A stretch of 64,000 bases of DNA from an uncultured Prevotellaceae bacterium. GTDB lineage: Bacteria > Bacteroidota > Bacteroidia > Bacteroidales > Muribaculaceae. The position numbers and the translations under genes are program-made. The notes beneath the pieces are model-generated. The model made no database searches. It was not told the origin of the DNA and worked only from the letters and a program-made list of their open reading frames with translations. The stretch spans positions 3,005 to 67,004 of the forward strand of contig CAMJZF010000001.1 in the NCBI GenBank assembly GCA_946410125.1. Reading direction: 5' to 3'. Positions 30,266-40,558 of this stretch are shown one piece after another (position 1 is the first letter of the stretch; each line of letters starts with the position of its first letter).

Positions 30266-31450
30266 TTATCGTGCCATGAGATAGATGTCGCGCATGGCTT
30301 GGGCATCGATAATTTCCATGGCACCCACGGTGATGGTGCCGCCACGCGAGCACTTCTCGACCATGGTGTCAATTTCCTCGTCGGTGATATCACGGCCCAG
30401 CAGCTCATGAATGTTGGTGGGCATACCTATCTGGCGATAAAACTCCTCAACGGCACAGATGCCGTGCTCGGCAGTCTCATCGGGATGGGAGAAATCGTTG
30501 GGAACTCCCATTACGTTGACGGCAAATTGTACAAATCGGTTCAAATGCTTGTCTTTGACATAACGTGCCCACGAGAGCCAAATAGCAGCAAGTCCAGCTC
30601 CATGAGTAACTCCAAAGAGCGCACTCAACTCATGCTCAAGACGGTGGGTGGCAAAGTCTTTCTCAGTGCCACACTCGGTAAGGTCGTTGTGTGCCAATGA
30701 TCCAGCCCACATGATTTGGGCACGATGGCGATAATCCTCAGGGTTGCGCATCACCACCAGCGCCGAATCCTTGACGGTGCGCAGCAGAGCCTCGCTGATG
30801 GCATCGGTAAGAGTCATATCCTCATATTTCGAGAAATAGCGCTCCATGGTGTGCATCATTATATCGGTAGCGCCTGCTGCCGTCTGGTAAGGAGGTAAGG
30901 TGAAGGTGCGCTCGGGATTCATCACGGCAAATCGGCAGCGGCACAGGTCACTGTTGATGCCACGCTTGAGCAGCCCTTCGTCGGCAGTGATGACGCAGCT
31001 CGACGACATCTCGCTGCCGGCAGCAGGGATGGTAAGCACCACGCCTATGGGCAGGCACTGCGCGGGCACCGCTTTTCCAGCCCAGAAGTCCCACACATCG
31101 CCGTCGTAAGGCACACCATAGCCTATTGCCTTTGAAGAGTCAATAACACTGCCGCCACCCACTGCAAGAATAAAGTCTACAGCTTCGCGACGGCACAATT
31201 CTATGCCTTCTCTAACCTTCGACAACAATGGGTTGGGCACAACGCCGCCAAGTTCGCAAAATGCGATGCCGGCATCACGTAGCTGCTCTCTCACCACGTC
31301 GAGCAGTCCCGAACGCTGCGCCGAGCCGCCTCCATAGTGAATTAAAACCTTCTTGCCACCGTTGGCAGCCACCAGCTGACCTATCTTTTTTTCTGACTCA
31401 CGACCGAACACAACCCTTGTGGGTGCATAGAAATTGAAATCTTTTATCAT
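30266..31450 (-). CDS. Iron-containing alcohol dehydrogenase (butanol dehydrogenase-like)
   Basis: GGGSVIDSSK, DIMMHTME, HRLEH, HGAGLA. Confidence 0.92.
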   Translation of the reverse strand: MIKDFNFYAPTRVVFGRESEKKIGQLVAANGGKKVLIHYGGGSAQRSGLLDVVREQLRDAGIAFCELGGVVPNPLLSKVREGIELCRREAVDFILAVGGGSVIDSSKAIGYGVPYDGDVWDFWAGKAVPAQCLPIGVVLTIPAAGSEMSSSCVITADEGLLKRGINSDLCRCRFAVMNPERTFTLPPYQTAAGATDIMMHTMERYFSKYEDMTLTDAISEALLRTVKDSALVVMRNPEDYRHRAQIMWAGSLAHNDLTECGTEKDFATHRLEHELSALFGVTHGAGLAAIWLSWARYVKDKHLNRFVQFAVNVMGVPNDFSHPDETAEHGICAVEEFYRQIGMPTNIHELLGRDITDEEIDTMVEKCSRGGTITVGAMEIIDAQAMRDIYLMAR

Positions 31451-31541
31451 AATTTTATTGTGTTATTACTTTTTCGCAAATATACAACTTTTTGGGGAAT
31501 TATAGGCACAAATATCTTTTCATCTTAGCCAAGATAAAATG

Positions 31542-31608
31542 ATTTATCCAGTTATTCCTTCGAAAAAATGTAAAGATTACCCAATTATTCCTTCGAAATA
31601 GTGTAAGA
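31542..31608. repeat. 33-bp direct repeat x2, core TTATTCCTTCGAAA
   Basis: Cores at 31552 and 31585. Confidence 0.75.
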
Positions 31609-31638
31609 GTTCATGAAATTATGATATATAGCTAAATC

Positions 31639-31671
31639 AACCCTGCTGGGCAACATGAGCCAGGCAGGGTT
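31639..31671 (-). terminator. Probable terminator hairpin
   Basis: AACCCTGC...GCAGGGTT. Confidence 0.5.
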
Positions 31672-31718
31672 GCATTTATTGATAAAGCAGGGTTAATTGC
31701 TAAGTTATTAGTTATGGA

Positions 31719-32636
31719 TTAGTGGCGCTTGTGGTGACGGTGGGGGAAGCCTCGCAGCACGAGGCCCAGGGTCCAGCGGTTCTTGATTTCAGGACCCCAG
31801 CCTTCTTTCATCACACTCTGTGGGGCGTAGCGGAAGTACATGCCCAGGCCCCCCCAGCTCAGCATTGCGATGCCGTCGAACGAAATCTTGCGCTGGTTCA
31901 AGCCGCGAGTGGTCTCGCTGTAGTCGCTCTTGCCAATGCGATAGGTGTCTTTGTAGTCGGCAAAGAAGTTCCAGTTCATAACGGCACCCACAGCCACGTT
32001 CCAGTTCTTGCCTAAAGATTGGTTGAACATAAGTGGAACCTGCATTGAGCGAACCAGCAATGTGGCACGATGCTTATCGTGTTTCTCGGTGAGCTCGCTG
32101 AAGAAAAGCGCACCATCGTCACTGCGACTCCAGATATAGGGCTTCTCCAGTCCGTAGCGGTGCCAGTTGAAACCAATACCTAACGACACGCGTGAGCGTC
32201 CCTGGTTAAACACACGCGCCAAAGACACGAGATTCAAGATACCTATTTCGCTCATCGACTTCTTCATGCGGTCACGGTCGGCGTCGGCAACACTGTGCCC
32301 TCCCCAGCCAAACATAAGGTCGCTCGTGAACACTTCCCAGTGTGGCTTCTTGTAGTTGGTGTCGCATTTCGAGAATGGATGACGGAACCTCACTTGGCCG
32401 CCCTCGCTCTCTTGAGCATAGAGTTTGCCGTTGACATCGGTAGTGACTTTATATTCATACCGGTAATCTTTGTTTTCCTTGCTGCCGTCCACATTCAGTT
32501 TCATCTTGCCTTCACCCTTTGTGATGGTAACTTTGTCGGGATTGTTGATGATCTTCACTGTGTCGGTTGCCTCAGTGCCACTCATGCAGGGAACTGTAAT
32601 TGCTGCAGCAAGCAGCAGTAAGTAGACTTTTTTCAT
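31719..32636 (-). CDS. Outer-membrane beta-barrel (PorT-like) protein
   Basis: Signal peptide; alternating aromatic beta-strands in C-terminal half. Confidence 0.65.
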   Translation of the reverse strand: MKKVYLLLLAAAITVPCMSGTEATDTVKIINNPDKVTITKGEGKMKLNVDGSKENKDYRYEYKVTTDVNGKLYAQESEGGQVRFRHPFSKCDTNYKKPHWEVFTSDLMFGWGGHSVADADRDRMKKSMSEIGILNLVSLARVFNQGRSRVSLGIGFNWHRYGLEKPYIWSRSDDGALFFSELTEKHDKHRATLLVRSMQVPLMFNQSLGKNWNVAVGAVMNWNFFADYKDTYRIGKSDYSETTRGLNQRKISFDGIAMLSWGGLGMYFRYAPQSVMKEGWGPEIKNRWTLGLVLRGFPHRHHKRH

Positions 32637-32690
32637 CTTAATAATAAATTTAATTATAATTATGTAATTATTAAATATTAACGTGAATTA

Positions 32691-32903
32691 TTATTCGTTA
32701 TTGTCGGGGCGATACTCCAGTATATCGCCTGGAGTGCAGTCGAGGGCTCGGCAAATGGCGTCGAGAGTGCTCAGACGCACCGCCTTGGCTTTGCCGTTTT
32801 TCAGTATCGAGAGGTTGGCGAGGGTGATTCCCACATGCTCGCTAAGTTCGTTTAGCGACATCTTGCGCCGCGCCATCATCACATCAAGATTAACTACAAT
32901 CAT
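32691..32903 (-). CDS. Cro/C1-type HTH regulator (YozG-like)
   Basis: LNELSEHVGITLANLSILKNGKAKAVRLSTLDAIC..LDCTPGDIL. Confidence 0.92.
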   Translation of the reverse strand: MIVVNLDVMMARRKMSLNELSEHVGITLANLSILKNGKAKAVRLSTLDAICRALDCTPGDILEYRPDNNE

Positions 32904-32916
32904 AGTGTGCAACGTT

Positions 32917-33399
32917 TTAAATTGTTAGTTTTTGTTCTTCGGCAACGTCGTAGGCTATCTTGTAGAGCGATGCGATTATCAGTGCCACCAGTGGATAGAG
33001 AAACATATTGTCGGTAACAACTATTGCGAGATTGTTGGTGCGCTCACAGGCGATGCTTATGTTGTCGCTCAAGAAGGAGTAGAAAGGCAACACAAGCACC
33101 ATTACCCAGAGCAGTATCACGTTGGCACGGCTAAAGATTGTGCCGTCTTTTAAATACCTTAATATATTAACAATAAAGGCGGTGAAGAGCCCAGCCATAG
33201 TGAGCATGGCAAGACGATGCAGGATAAAGAAGGTCAATTTTACCCCTATGCGTGGAGAGTCCCAGTTTATCACGCCGTCGCCACTGCCGGTGGTGAGAAC
33301 GAAGTAGGACTGAACACCGTAGAAGATGATCCACAACGGGATTAGTGCCAATATCACGTAGCACACGATTTTCAAGAATTTTACTGTTGTCTTGTTCAT
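32917..33399 (-). CDS. DUF2975-type membrane protein
   Basis: 4 TMs, C-terminal EEQKLTI, upstream of YozG-like HTH. Confidence 0.8.
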   Translation of the reverse strand: MNKTTVKFLKIVCYVILALIPLWIIFYGVQSYFVLTTGSGDGVINWDSPRIGVKLTFFILHRLAMLTMAGLFTAFIVNILRYLKDGTIFSRANVILLWVMVLVLPFYSFLSDNISIACERTNNLAIVVTDNMFLYPLVALIIASLYKIAYDVAEEQKLTI

Positions 33400-33681
33400 A
33401 ACGAAAAATATTAAGCCCAAGCTCGGGCAGGGTTAAACAATTGATTTCGCTGGCAAAGATATATAGTATTTATCGAAAAACAATAAAAATATCTCGAAAT
33501 TTAATATATTTTAATTTTTTTACGGAAAAAGATGCATATTGAAAATAGTAAACTCATGAAATGGCTCAATAATTTTTTACCACCTTGGTCTTGTTTTTTT
33601 CTTGGTTTGATAATTATCTTCTTTCGACATAATTAGTCATAACTGTATCATTAGACTATGTCAGTCAAAAAAAAGGCGAAT

Positions 33682-33733
33682 AAAAAACTGACAACTGATA
33701 ACTGGAAACTGAAAACTTTTTACTACCTTTGCA
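33682..33733 (+). promoter_or_regulatory. ybeY-mnmG promoter: TACCTTTG -7 box preceded by 7-bp-period ACTG repeats
   Basis: AAAAAACTGACAACTGATAACTGGAAACTGAAAACTTTTTACTACCTTTGCA. Confidence 0.7.
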
Positions 33734-33747
33734 TTTTGCTTTTTTAA

Positions 33748-34191
33748 ATGGTAGTTATGGAAGTTTACTGCATGACCCAGAATGTTGAGATGCCTCCCAT
33801 CAACATCGATAAGGTGAAGGAATGGATAGAGGCTGTTGCCCGCAATCAAGACAAGAACGTGGGTACCCTGACCTATATATTCTGTGACGATGAGTACATC
33901 CTTGCTACCAACAGGCAATTTCTCCAGCACGACTACTATACCGACATTATCACCTTTGACTACAGCAACAGGCACCGCATCAGCGGCGACATGGTGATTT
34001 CGCTCGACACCGTCAAGAGCAATGCCGAGCAGCTTGGCGTGGACTATGATGGCGAGCTGTTGCGTGTAATAATCCATGGAGTGCTGCACCTGTGCGGCAT
34101 CAATGACAAGGGTCCTGGAGAGCGCGAAATTATGGAGCGTCACGAGAATGAGGCGCTTGCACTACTTCCCGAAAACATTTTCATGCAATGA
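33748..34191 (+). CDS. ybeY: rRNA maturation RNase YbeY
   Basis: TDIITF and HGVLHLCGIND motifs. Confidence 0.93.
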   Translation: MVVMEVYCMTQNVEMPPINIDKVKEWIEAVARNQDKNVGTLTYIFCDDEYILATNRQFLQHDYYTDIITFDYSNRHRISGDMVISLDTVKSNAEQLGVDYDGELLRVIIHGVLHLCGINDKGPGEREIMERHENEALALLPENIFMQ

Positions 34192-36065
34192 GGTTTGACT
34201 ATGATGTCATAGTGATTGGTGCGGGACATGCCGGCTGTGAGGCGGCATGTGCTTCGGCACGACTGGGCTCGTCAACCTTGTTGATAACAATGGATATGAA
34301 CAAGGTGGCGCAGATGAGCTGTAACCCTGCCGTGGGAGGTATTGCCAAGGGACAGATAGTGCGTGAAATTGATGCCCTGGGCGGGCAAATGGGAATTGTC
34401 ACCGACCTTTCGTCAATCCAGTTCCGCATGCTCAACCGCAGCAAGGGTCCCGCGATGTGGAGCCCACGCAGCCAGAGCGACCGCACGCGCTTTATCGAGA
34501 ATTGGCGCAAAATCCTTGACAGCACACCTAATTTATACCTGTGGCAAGACAGTGCCACAAGCCTTGTCATCGACAGTGGCGAGGTGAAAGGTGTGAAAAC
34601 TGCCTTTGGCGTGACGTTTAATGCCAAGGCGGTAATCCTTACGGCAGGCACTTTCCTTAACGGATTGATGCATGTGGGTAGCGTGCAGGTAGAGGGCGGC
34701 CGTGTGTCGGAACCTGCCTCACGTGGCATCACCGAGCAACTTGTGGAGCTGGGCTTTACTTCTAACCGCATGAAGACCGGAACGCCCGTTCGCCTTGATG
34801 CCCGCACCATCGACTACACTCAAGCCACTCGTCAGGATGGCGAGAACGACTTCCATCATTTCTCGTTCCTGCCTGGGGTGCGCAGCCAGCTCAAGCAACG
34901 CCCATGCTGGATAGTGTTCACCAACGAGGAGGTGCACCAGGTGCTTCACGAAGGGCTCCCCTACTCTCCCCTCTACAACGGGCAGATTCAGAGCGTGGGT
35001 CCGCGTTATTGCCCAAGTATAGAGACTAAATTGGTGACTTTCCCCGACAAGGATTCTCACCAACTTTTCATAGAGCCCGAAGGTGAGACCACGCAGGAAA
35101 TGTATCTCAATGGTTTCTCCTCGTCGATGCCCTGGGATGTGCAAATCGAGGCTTTGTCGCGCATTCCCGCCTTGCGCAATGCGCAGGTCTACAGGCCAGG
35201 GTATGCCATAGAATATGATTTCTTTGACCCTCGCCAGCTTAACCATAATCTTGAGACTAAGCTGGTCAAGAACCTCTTCTTTGCAGGTCAGGTCAACGGC
35301 ACCACAGGCTATGAGGAGGCTGCCGGACAAGGTCTTGTGGCTGGCATCAACGCTCACCTTAACATTAATGGCAAGCAGCAGTTTGTACTTGGCCGCGATG
35401 AAGCCTACATTGGCGTCCTTATTGACGATCTTGTGACTAAAGGGGTTGACGAGCCTTACCGCATGTTCACTTCGCGTGCCGAGCACCGCATCTTGCTGCG
35501 TCAGGACGATGCCGACATGCGCCTCACTCCGCGCGGCTATGAGCTTGGTCTTGCTTCTCAGGAGCGTTATGACCTCATGCTCTCTAAGAAAGAACAGGTT
35601 GAGGGGCTGGTTCAGTTTGCCCGCGACTTCTCGGTGAAGGCTTCTATAATAAATCCGGCTCTGCAAGAGGCTGGGCTTCAACCACTTAAACAGGGTATGA
35701 AATTATATGACCTCTTGTTGCGTCCACAGCTTGATTTTCAGCAACTTGCGCAGTTTATTCCTGCTCTTGACCAGCAGCTCAGCTCTCTTGAGGCAGAGCG
35801 TCGTGACGAGATTATTGAGGCTGCCGAAATCAAGATAAAATATCACGGCTATATCCAGCGCGAGGAACTTATAGCCGAGAAAATTAGTCGGCTCGACCGA
35901 CTCTATATTAAGGATAAGTTTGATTACTCTACCATATTGCAAATATCAACCGAGGCAAGGCAGAAGTTGGCACGCATCAACCCCGAGACGATTGGCCAGG
36001 CATCACGCATTCCTGGCATCTCCCCAAGCGACATCAACATCCTTCTCGTACTTATGGGTCGATAA
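34188..36065 (+). CDS. mnmG: tRNA uridine 5-carboxymethylaminomethyl modification enzyme
   Basis: GAGHAGCEAA, MSCNPAVGG, GPRYCPSIE, GQVNGTTGYEEAA. Confidence 0.98.
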   Translation: MRFDYDVIVIGAGHAGCEAACASARLGSSTLLITMDMNKVAQMSCNPAVGGIAKGQIVREIDALGGQMGIVTDLSSIQFRMLNRSKGPAMWSPRSQSDRTRFIENWRKILDSTPNLYLWQDSATSLVIDSGEVKGVKTAFGVTFNAKAVILTAGTFLNGLMHVGSVQVEGGRVSEPASRGITEQLVELGFTSNRMKTGTPVRLDARTIDYTQATRQDGENDFHHFSFLPGVRSQLKQRPCWIVFTNEEVHQVLHEGLPYSPLYNGQIQSVGPRYCPSIETKLVTFPDKDSHQLFIEPEGETTQEMYLNGFSSSMPWDVQIEALSRIPALRNAQVYRPGYAIEYDFFDPRQLNHNLETKLVKNLFFAGQVNGTTGYEEAAGQGLVAGINAHLNINGKQQFVLGRDEAYIGVLIDDLVTKGVDEPYRMFTSRAEHRILLRQDDADMRLTPRGYELGLASQERYDLMLSKKEQVEGLVQFARDFSVKASIINPALQEAGLQPLKQGMKLYDLLLRPQLDFQQLAQFIPALDQQLSSLEAERRDEIIEAAEIKIKYHGYIQREELIAEKISRLDRLYIKDKFDYSTILQISTEARQKLARINPETIGQASRIPGISPSDINILLVLMGR

Positions 36066-36075
36066 AAATAGTAAT

Positions 36076-36091
36076 TGTTTCACGTGAAACA
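36076..36091. promoter_or_regulatory. parS: parS site (perfect palindrome)
   Basis: TGTTTCACGTGAAACA. Confidence 0.9.
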
Positions 36092-36142
36092 TTCACCGCT
36101 ACCCCACTCTGCCAAAACTCAACTAAAAAAATAAATACTGAC

Positions 36143-36685
36143 ATGGAAAAAGAAAAAATCGAATTTGTAAAAAGTAAAGTGAGGAATATTCCAGATTTTC
36201 CTGTAAAGGGAATTCAGTTTAAGGACCTGACGACTGCATTCAAAGATTCAGAGTCGTTGCGCATCATGTGTGATGCTCTCATTGAGCTTTATAAAGACAA
36301 GGGTATCACCAAGGTGGTGGGCATCGAGGCGCGTGGATTTATCTTCGGCTCGATTCTTGCAGCGGGTCTTGGGGCAGGTTTCGTACCCTTGCGCAAACCA
36401 GGCAAGTTGCCGGCAAAGACCATCCAGAAAACTTATACAAAGGAATATGGTGAGGACACCATCGAGATTCATGAAGATTCCATCAACGAGAACGATGTGG
36501 TGCTCATGCACGACGACCTGCTTGCAACGGGCGGCACAATGGCTGCGGCTCTCGACCTGGTGAAGACGATGAACCCCAAGAAGGTTTATATAAACTTTAT
36601 TTGCGAACTCGTCGACCTTAAGGGACGCTCGCTGTTCCCTGCCGACGTGGAGGTGACTTCTCTCTTCGATTTCGAAGGTGAGTAA
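36143..36685 (+). CDS. apt: Adenine phosphoribosyltransferase
   Basis: IPDFP..GIQFKD, EARGF, RKPGKLP, DDLLATGGT. Confidence 0.96.
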   Translation: MEKEKIEFVKSKVRNIPDFPVKGIQFKDLTTAFKDSESLRIMCDALIELYKDKGITKVVGIEARGFIFGSILAAGLGAGFVPLRKPGKLPAKTIQKTYTKEYGEDTIEIHEDSINENDVVLMHDDLLATGGTMAAALDLVKTMNPKKVYINFICELVDLKGRSLFPADVEVTSLFDFEGE

Positions 36686-36935
36686 AGGTGTCAAGAATGG
36701 GGACGAGGCACACACCTCTCCCCTATTCTTTCTAAAAATGTTTCATGCTGCTTTTGCGTGGAAATATCTTACACAAAACAGGGAGGCTATATCAAAATTT
36801 CACTAATCCAACAAATTAATTATATATAATAAGTAATGCTTGATTTTGTAATGATTTGTTTGATTTCTCGCCAAAGGCGACTAAGATAGCATTTTGGCAC
36901 ACACACTTCGATAACCCATAAACTTCAAATTAATT

Positions 36936-38750
36936 ATGCGCGACGAGTTGAAACTGAAGATATCGCTGCTGCCTACAAGTCCAGGTGTGTATCAATACCT
37001 GAACCGAGAAGGCACGGTAATCTATGTGGGCAAGGCCAAGAATCTCAAGCGGAGGGTCAGCTCCTATTTCAACCGTGTGCATCCGGTAGTGCGAACCAAT
37101 CTGCTGGTGCGCAATATATGGGACTTGAAATATATCGTAGTCAACAGCGAGGAGGAAGCTCTTGACCTTGAAAACAGCCTTATAAAGGAATATCAGCCTC
37201 GATACAATGTGCTGCTCAAGGATGACAAGTCTTATCCCTGGATTTGTGTTACCAAGGAGCTATTTCCACGTGTCTATATAACCCGCGACAAGCACACTAA
37301 GGGGGCTAAGTATTTTGGACCTTACCCTAAAACCGAGGTTGCACATGCACTTCTCGACACCATCAAGCAGCTCTACCCTATCCGCACCTGTCGCCACCCG
37401 CTCACAGTTGATAATATAGAGGCACGAAAATACAAACTTTGCCTCCAGTATCACATTAAGAATTGTGAAGGATGTTGCCAGGGAATTGTTTCACATGAAA
37501 CATATTCTTCCTACATCGATAACATTATCAAGATTCTCAATGGCGATACCAAGCAGGTGAGCGATTTTCTCATGCAGGAGATGATGAAACTGGCAGGGCA
37601 ACTTAAGTTTGAAGAAGCCGAACTCCTTAAACGCAAGTATCAGTTATTAGAGAAATATCGGGCAAAATCGGTTATCGTAAATCCTACTATTCACAACATC
37701 GATGTTTTCACTATCGTGCGTGACGACAGTGCCGCCTACGTCAATTTCATGCATCTGCGCAACGGATCAATTGTCCAGAGCATGACAGTGGAATATAAGT
37801 TCCAGGATGCTGGCTCCGACGAGACCAACGAGGAGATTCTGTCAACTGCCGTGCGCGACATGCGTGAGCGCTTCAGCGACATCTACAAGCATGAAAAGGT
37901 AAGGGAAATTTTGGTAAATATTGTACCCGACTTTGAGATTGAGGGGGTGGAATATGTGGTGCCTCAGCGGGGCGATAAGCGCAAACTGGTGGCTATTTCA
38001 CTTAAAAATGCCGAGCAGTACCGCACCGAGAAATACAAGCGCATGGAGAAACTCAATCCCGAACAGCGTGTAACACGCACTCTCACTACCATGATGAAGG
38101 ACTTGCATCTCAACGAGCTGCCGCGCCACATTGAGTGCTTTGACAACAGCAGCATTTCGGGAACCAATGCTGTGGCTTCGTGCGTGGTGTTTAAAAATGG
38201 CAAGCCCTCCAAGAAGGACTATCGTCATTTCAATATAAAGGAGGCCGACGGCAGCGACGACTATGCCTCGATGCGTGAAGTGATAAATCGTCGTTACACT
38301 CGACTTGTTGCCGAGGATGCCGAGTTGCCGCAACTGCTTGTGGTTGATGGAGGAAAAGGACAGCTCAATGCAGCGGTCGAGGTCCTTGACCTGCTGCAGC
38401 TGCGTGGAACAATTGCAGTTATTGGCATCGCCAAGAGGCTCGACGAGATATATTTCCCCGGCGACAGTGTGCCATTGTTTATCGACAAGAACAGTGAGAC
38501 ACTGCGCATCATTCAGCATCTGCGCGACGAGGCGCACCGCTTTGGCATTACTCATCATCGCAACAAGCGCAGCAAGTCGCAAATTCACAGTCAGCTCGAC
38601 GACATCAAGGGCATTGGTCCACAAACCCGCAATGCCTTGCTCAGGCATTTCAAGAGCGTGAAACGCATCAAGGAGGCATCGCCCAACGAAATTGCGATGG
38701 TGGTGGGTGCCGCCAAGGCAAAACTCGTACTCGCGGCTCTTGTGGAATGA
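36936..38750 (+). CDS. uvrC: Excinuclease ABC subunit C
   Basis: GIY-YIG (GVYQY..IYVGKAKNL), ECFDNS, DGGKGQ, RDEAHRF, HhH. Confidence 0.97.
   Translation: MRDELKLKISLLPTSPGVYQYLNREGTVIYVGKAKNLKRRVSSYFNRVHPVVRTNLLVRNIWDLKYIVVNSEEEALDLENSLIKEYQPRYNVLLKDDKSYPWICVTKELFPRVYITRDKHTKGAKYFGPYPKTEVAHALLDTIKQLYPIRTCRHPLTVDNIEARKYKLCLQYHIKNCEGCCQGIVSHETYSSYIDNIIKILNGDTKQVSDFLMQEMMKLAGQLKFEEAELLKRKYQLLEKYRAKSVIVNPTIHNIDVFTIVRDDSAAYVNFMHLRNGSIVQSMTVEYKFQDAGSDETNEEILSTAVRDMRERFSDIYKHEKVREILVNIVPDFEIEGVEYVVPQRGDKRKLVAISLKNAEQYRTEKYKRMEKLNPEQRVTRTLTTMMKDLHLNELPRHIECFDNSSISGTNAVASCVVFKNGKPSKKDYRHFNIKEADGSDDYASMREVINRRYTRLVAEDAELPQLLVVDGGKGQLNAAVEVLDLLQLRGTIAVIGIAKRLDEIYFPGDSVPLFIDKNSETLRIIQHLRDEAHRFGITHHRNKRSKSQIHSQLDDIKGIGPQTRNALLRHFKSVKRIKEASPNEIAMVVGAAKAKLVLAALVE
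37487..37502. promoter_or_regulatory. parS: parS site inside uvrC (1 mismatch)
   Basis: TGTTTCACATGAAACA. Confidence 0.7.
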
Positions 38751-39092
38751 TAATTGAGATTGACCTAAAATCATTACCTTATGTCGCCTAATAACTGATT
38801 TGGGTTTAAAGTAGGGGAGTGGTCGTTTTTTAATTTTTCTGGCGATTTTCTGCCATGAGTCATAAAATCGTCCTAAAATATTGGGAAACAAATTAATATT
38901 AGCTAATTATGCCCCATTTAACTCGTTTTCCTTGCGATTTTTGAGGATTACCCAATGGTTGGTCGAATTTCGGACGTGTAAAAAGGTTATTTTTGATGCT
39001 CTTTGGGCAAAAAGTGGAGCATTTTTTTATTTTCTCAAAAATAATTGCTATCTTCGTCACATCAATTTTTTTATGACTTCACAAGTAATATC

Positions 39093-40196
39093 ATGATAAA
39101 TGTTTTTCACATAGTCTCGAGCAAGACGTGGGGCGGCGCTGAGCGATATGCAAGCGACCTCGTGGCTCACATGCGGCATGACCCTGATTTCTATGTCGAG
39201 GTGGTAAGTGCCAAGCATGACCACATCATCGAGCAGTTTCAAAAGATGGATATTCCAGTGTCGATACTCCCGCTTAAGGGAATACGTGACCTTGACAGCC
39301 CTGTGAGGCTGGCACGCATGTTGCGCAAGGGCAGGAACATCGTCCATGTGCACACCTATCGTGATGCTGCTACTGCCGTTATGGCGCGCATCATCAGCGA
39401 TAATCCCAGTACCAAGGTTGTTTTTACACCTCATGGCCTAAAACGTCCTTCTCTTAACTATATATCAAAGAAGGTGTACCGCAATATCGACCGATATGTG
39501 TTTGTGTCCCATTTTGCCTATGACTATTTTCTTGCCCATTATCCGCGCATGAATAAGTCGCAGACTCTTGTCATTCCTGAGAGTGTTCTCCACATCGACA
39601 CTAGCGACCAGGAGCGTGTGCCAGATTTGAGAAAAAATCTAAAGATGGATGACTCACAGGCACTTATAATGTTTCATAGTCGTTTGAATCGTGACAAGGG
39701 AATTGACGTGCTGCTCAAGGCTATAACGAGGATTGACAAGAGTAAGTACAGGCTTGCGATTCTGGGCGAGGGCCAACCTAAAGTGGAGTCAAGACTTAAA
39801 AGCTATATAATTGAAAATAACCTCGTTGAAAATGTAAAACTGCTTGGTTTTCAACGTAATATAAGGGGATACCTGAGCCAGTGTGACTTCGGCGTTCAGC
39901 CTTCGACTGTTGCCGAGGTGCAAGGCATCAGCAACTTGGAGTACATGAAGAAAGGGAAGCCTGTAATCACTACTTCTAACGGTGCTCAGCCCGAGTATGT
40001 GGCGCACATGGAGAACGGAATTCTTGTCAAGCCCAACAACCCTGAAATGCTTGCCGAGGCTATTGAGATGCTGTGTGACGACAAGGAACTACGGCTAAGG
40101 CTTGGCAGGCAGGCAAAGCAGGATTTTGACACGAAGCTGAATTACGACAACTTCTACAAGAAGATAACAACCCTGTATAACAGCCTGTTTGACTGA
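39093..40196 (+). CDS. Glycosyltransferase family 4
   Basis: WGGAERY, RLNRDKG, EVQGISNLE. Confidence 0.9.
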   Translation: MINVFHIVSSKTWGGAERYASDLVAHMRHDPDFYVEVVSAKHDHIIEQFQKMDIPVSILPLKGIRDLDSPVRLARMLRKGRNIVHVHTYRDAATAVMARIISDNPSTKVVFTPHGLKRPSLNYISKKVYRNIDRYVFVSHFAYDYFLAHYPRMNKSQTLVIPESVLHIDTSDQERVPDLRKNLKMDDSQALIMFHSRLNRDKGIDVLLKAITRIDKSKYRLAILGEGQPKVESRLKSYIIENNLVENVKLLGFQRNIRGYLSQCDFGVQPSTVAEVQGISNLEYMKKGKPVITTSNGAQPEYVAHMENGILVKPNNPEMLAEAIEMLCDDKELRLRLGRQAKQDFDTKLNYDNFYKKITTLYNSLFD

Positions 40197-40222
40197 ATGA
40201 TAGGGTAGTGGTGATATAAAAC

Positions 40223-40267
40223 AAAGAGGATGTGACTTTTACTTTTTTGGCACACCCTCTTTTTTTC
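40223..40267 (+). terminator. Terminator hairpin related to a dispersed GGGTGTGCCAAAA repeat
   Basis: AAAGAGGATGTG...CACACCCTCTTT plus T-run. Confidence 0.6.
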
Positions 40268-40558
40268 TGCTTCTTTGTGTGAACCGATATTGAAATGTTC
40301 ACAAGGTGTTTTTTTGTCGACTTCGGCGAGAAATCTAACAAATTATAACAAATCAAGCAATATTTAATGAATTGATTCTAAGTAAATTATTTATTTGTTA
40401 GATTTTTAACTATTTGAATGATTTCTGCGCGAAGCGCACTAATTCTGAGTTTTGGAACAGCCTCAATGTGTTCTGCCAAAATTTAATGTAGTTTATCCCG
40501 CCAACAGGTAATTACAGGTAATTATTATCCTTTCCGTCGCTTAATGACCGATTGGGGT

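Noticed and set aside
40505-40524. ACAGGTAATT x2 direct repeat
   Set aside because: Single short duplication with no supporting context
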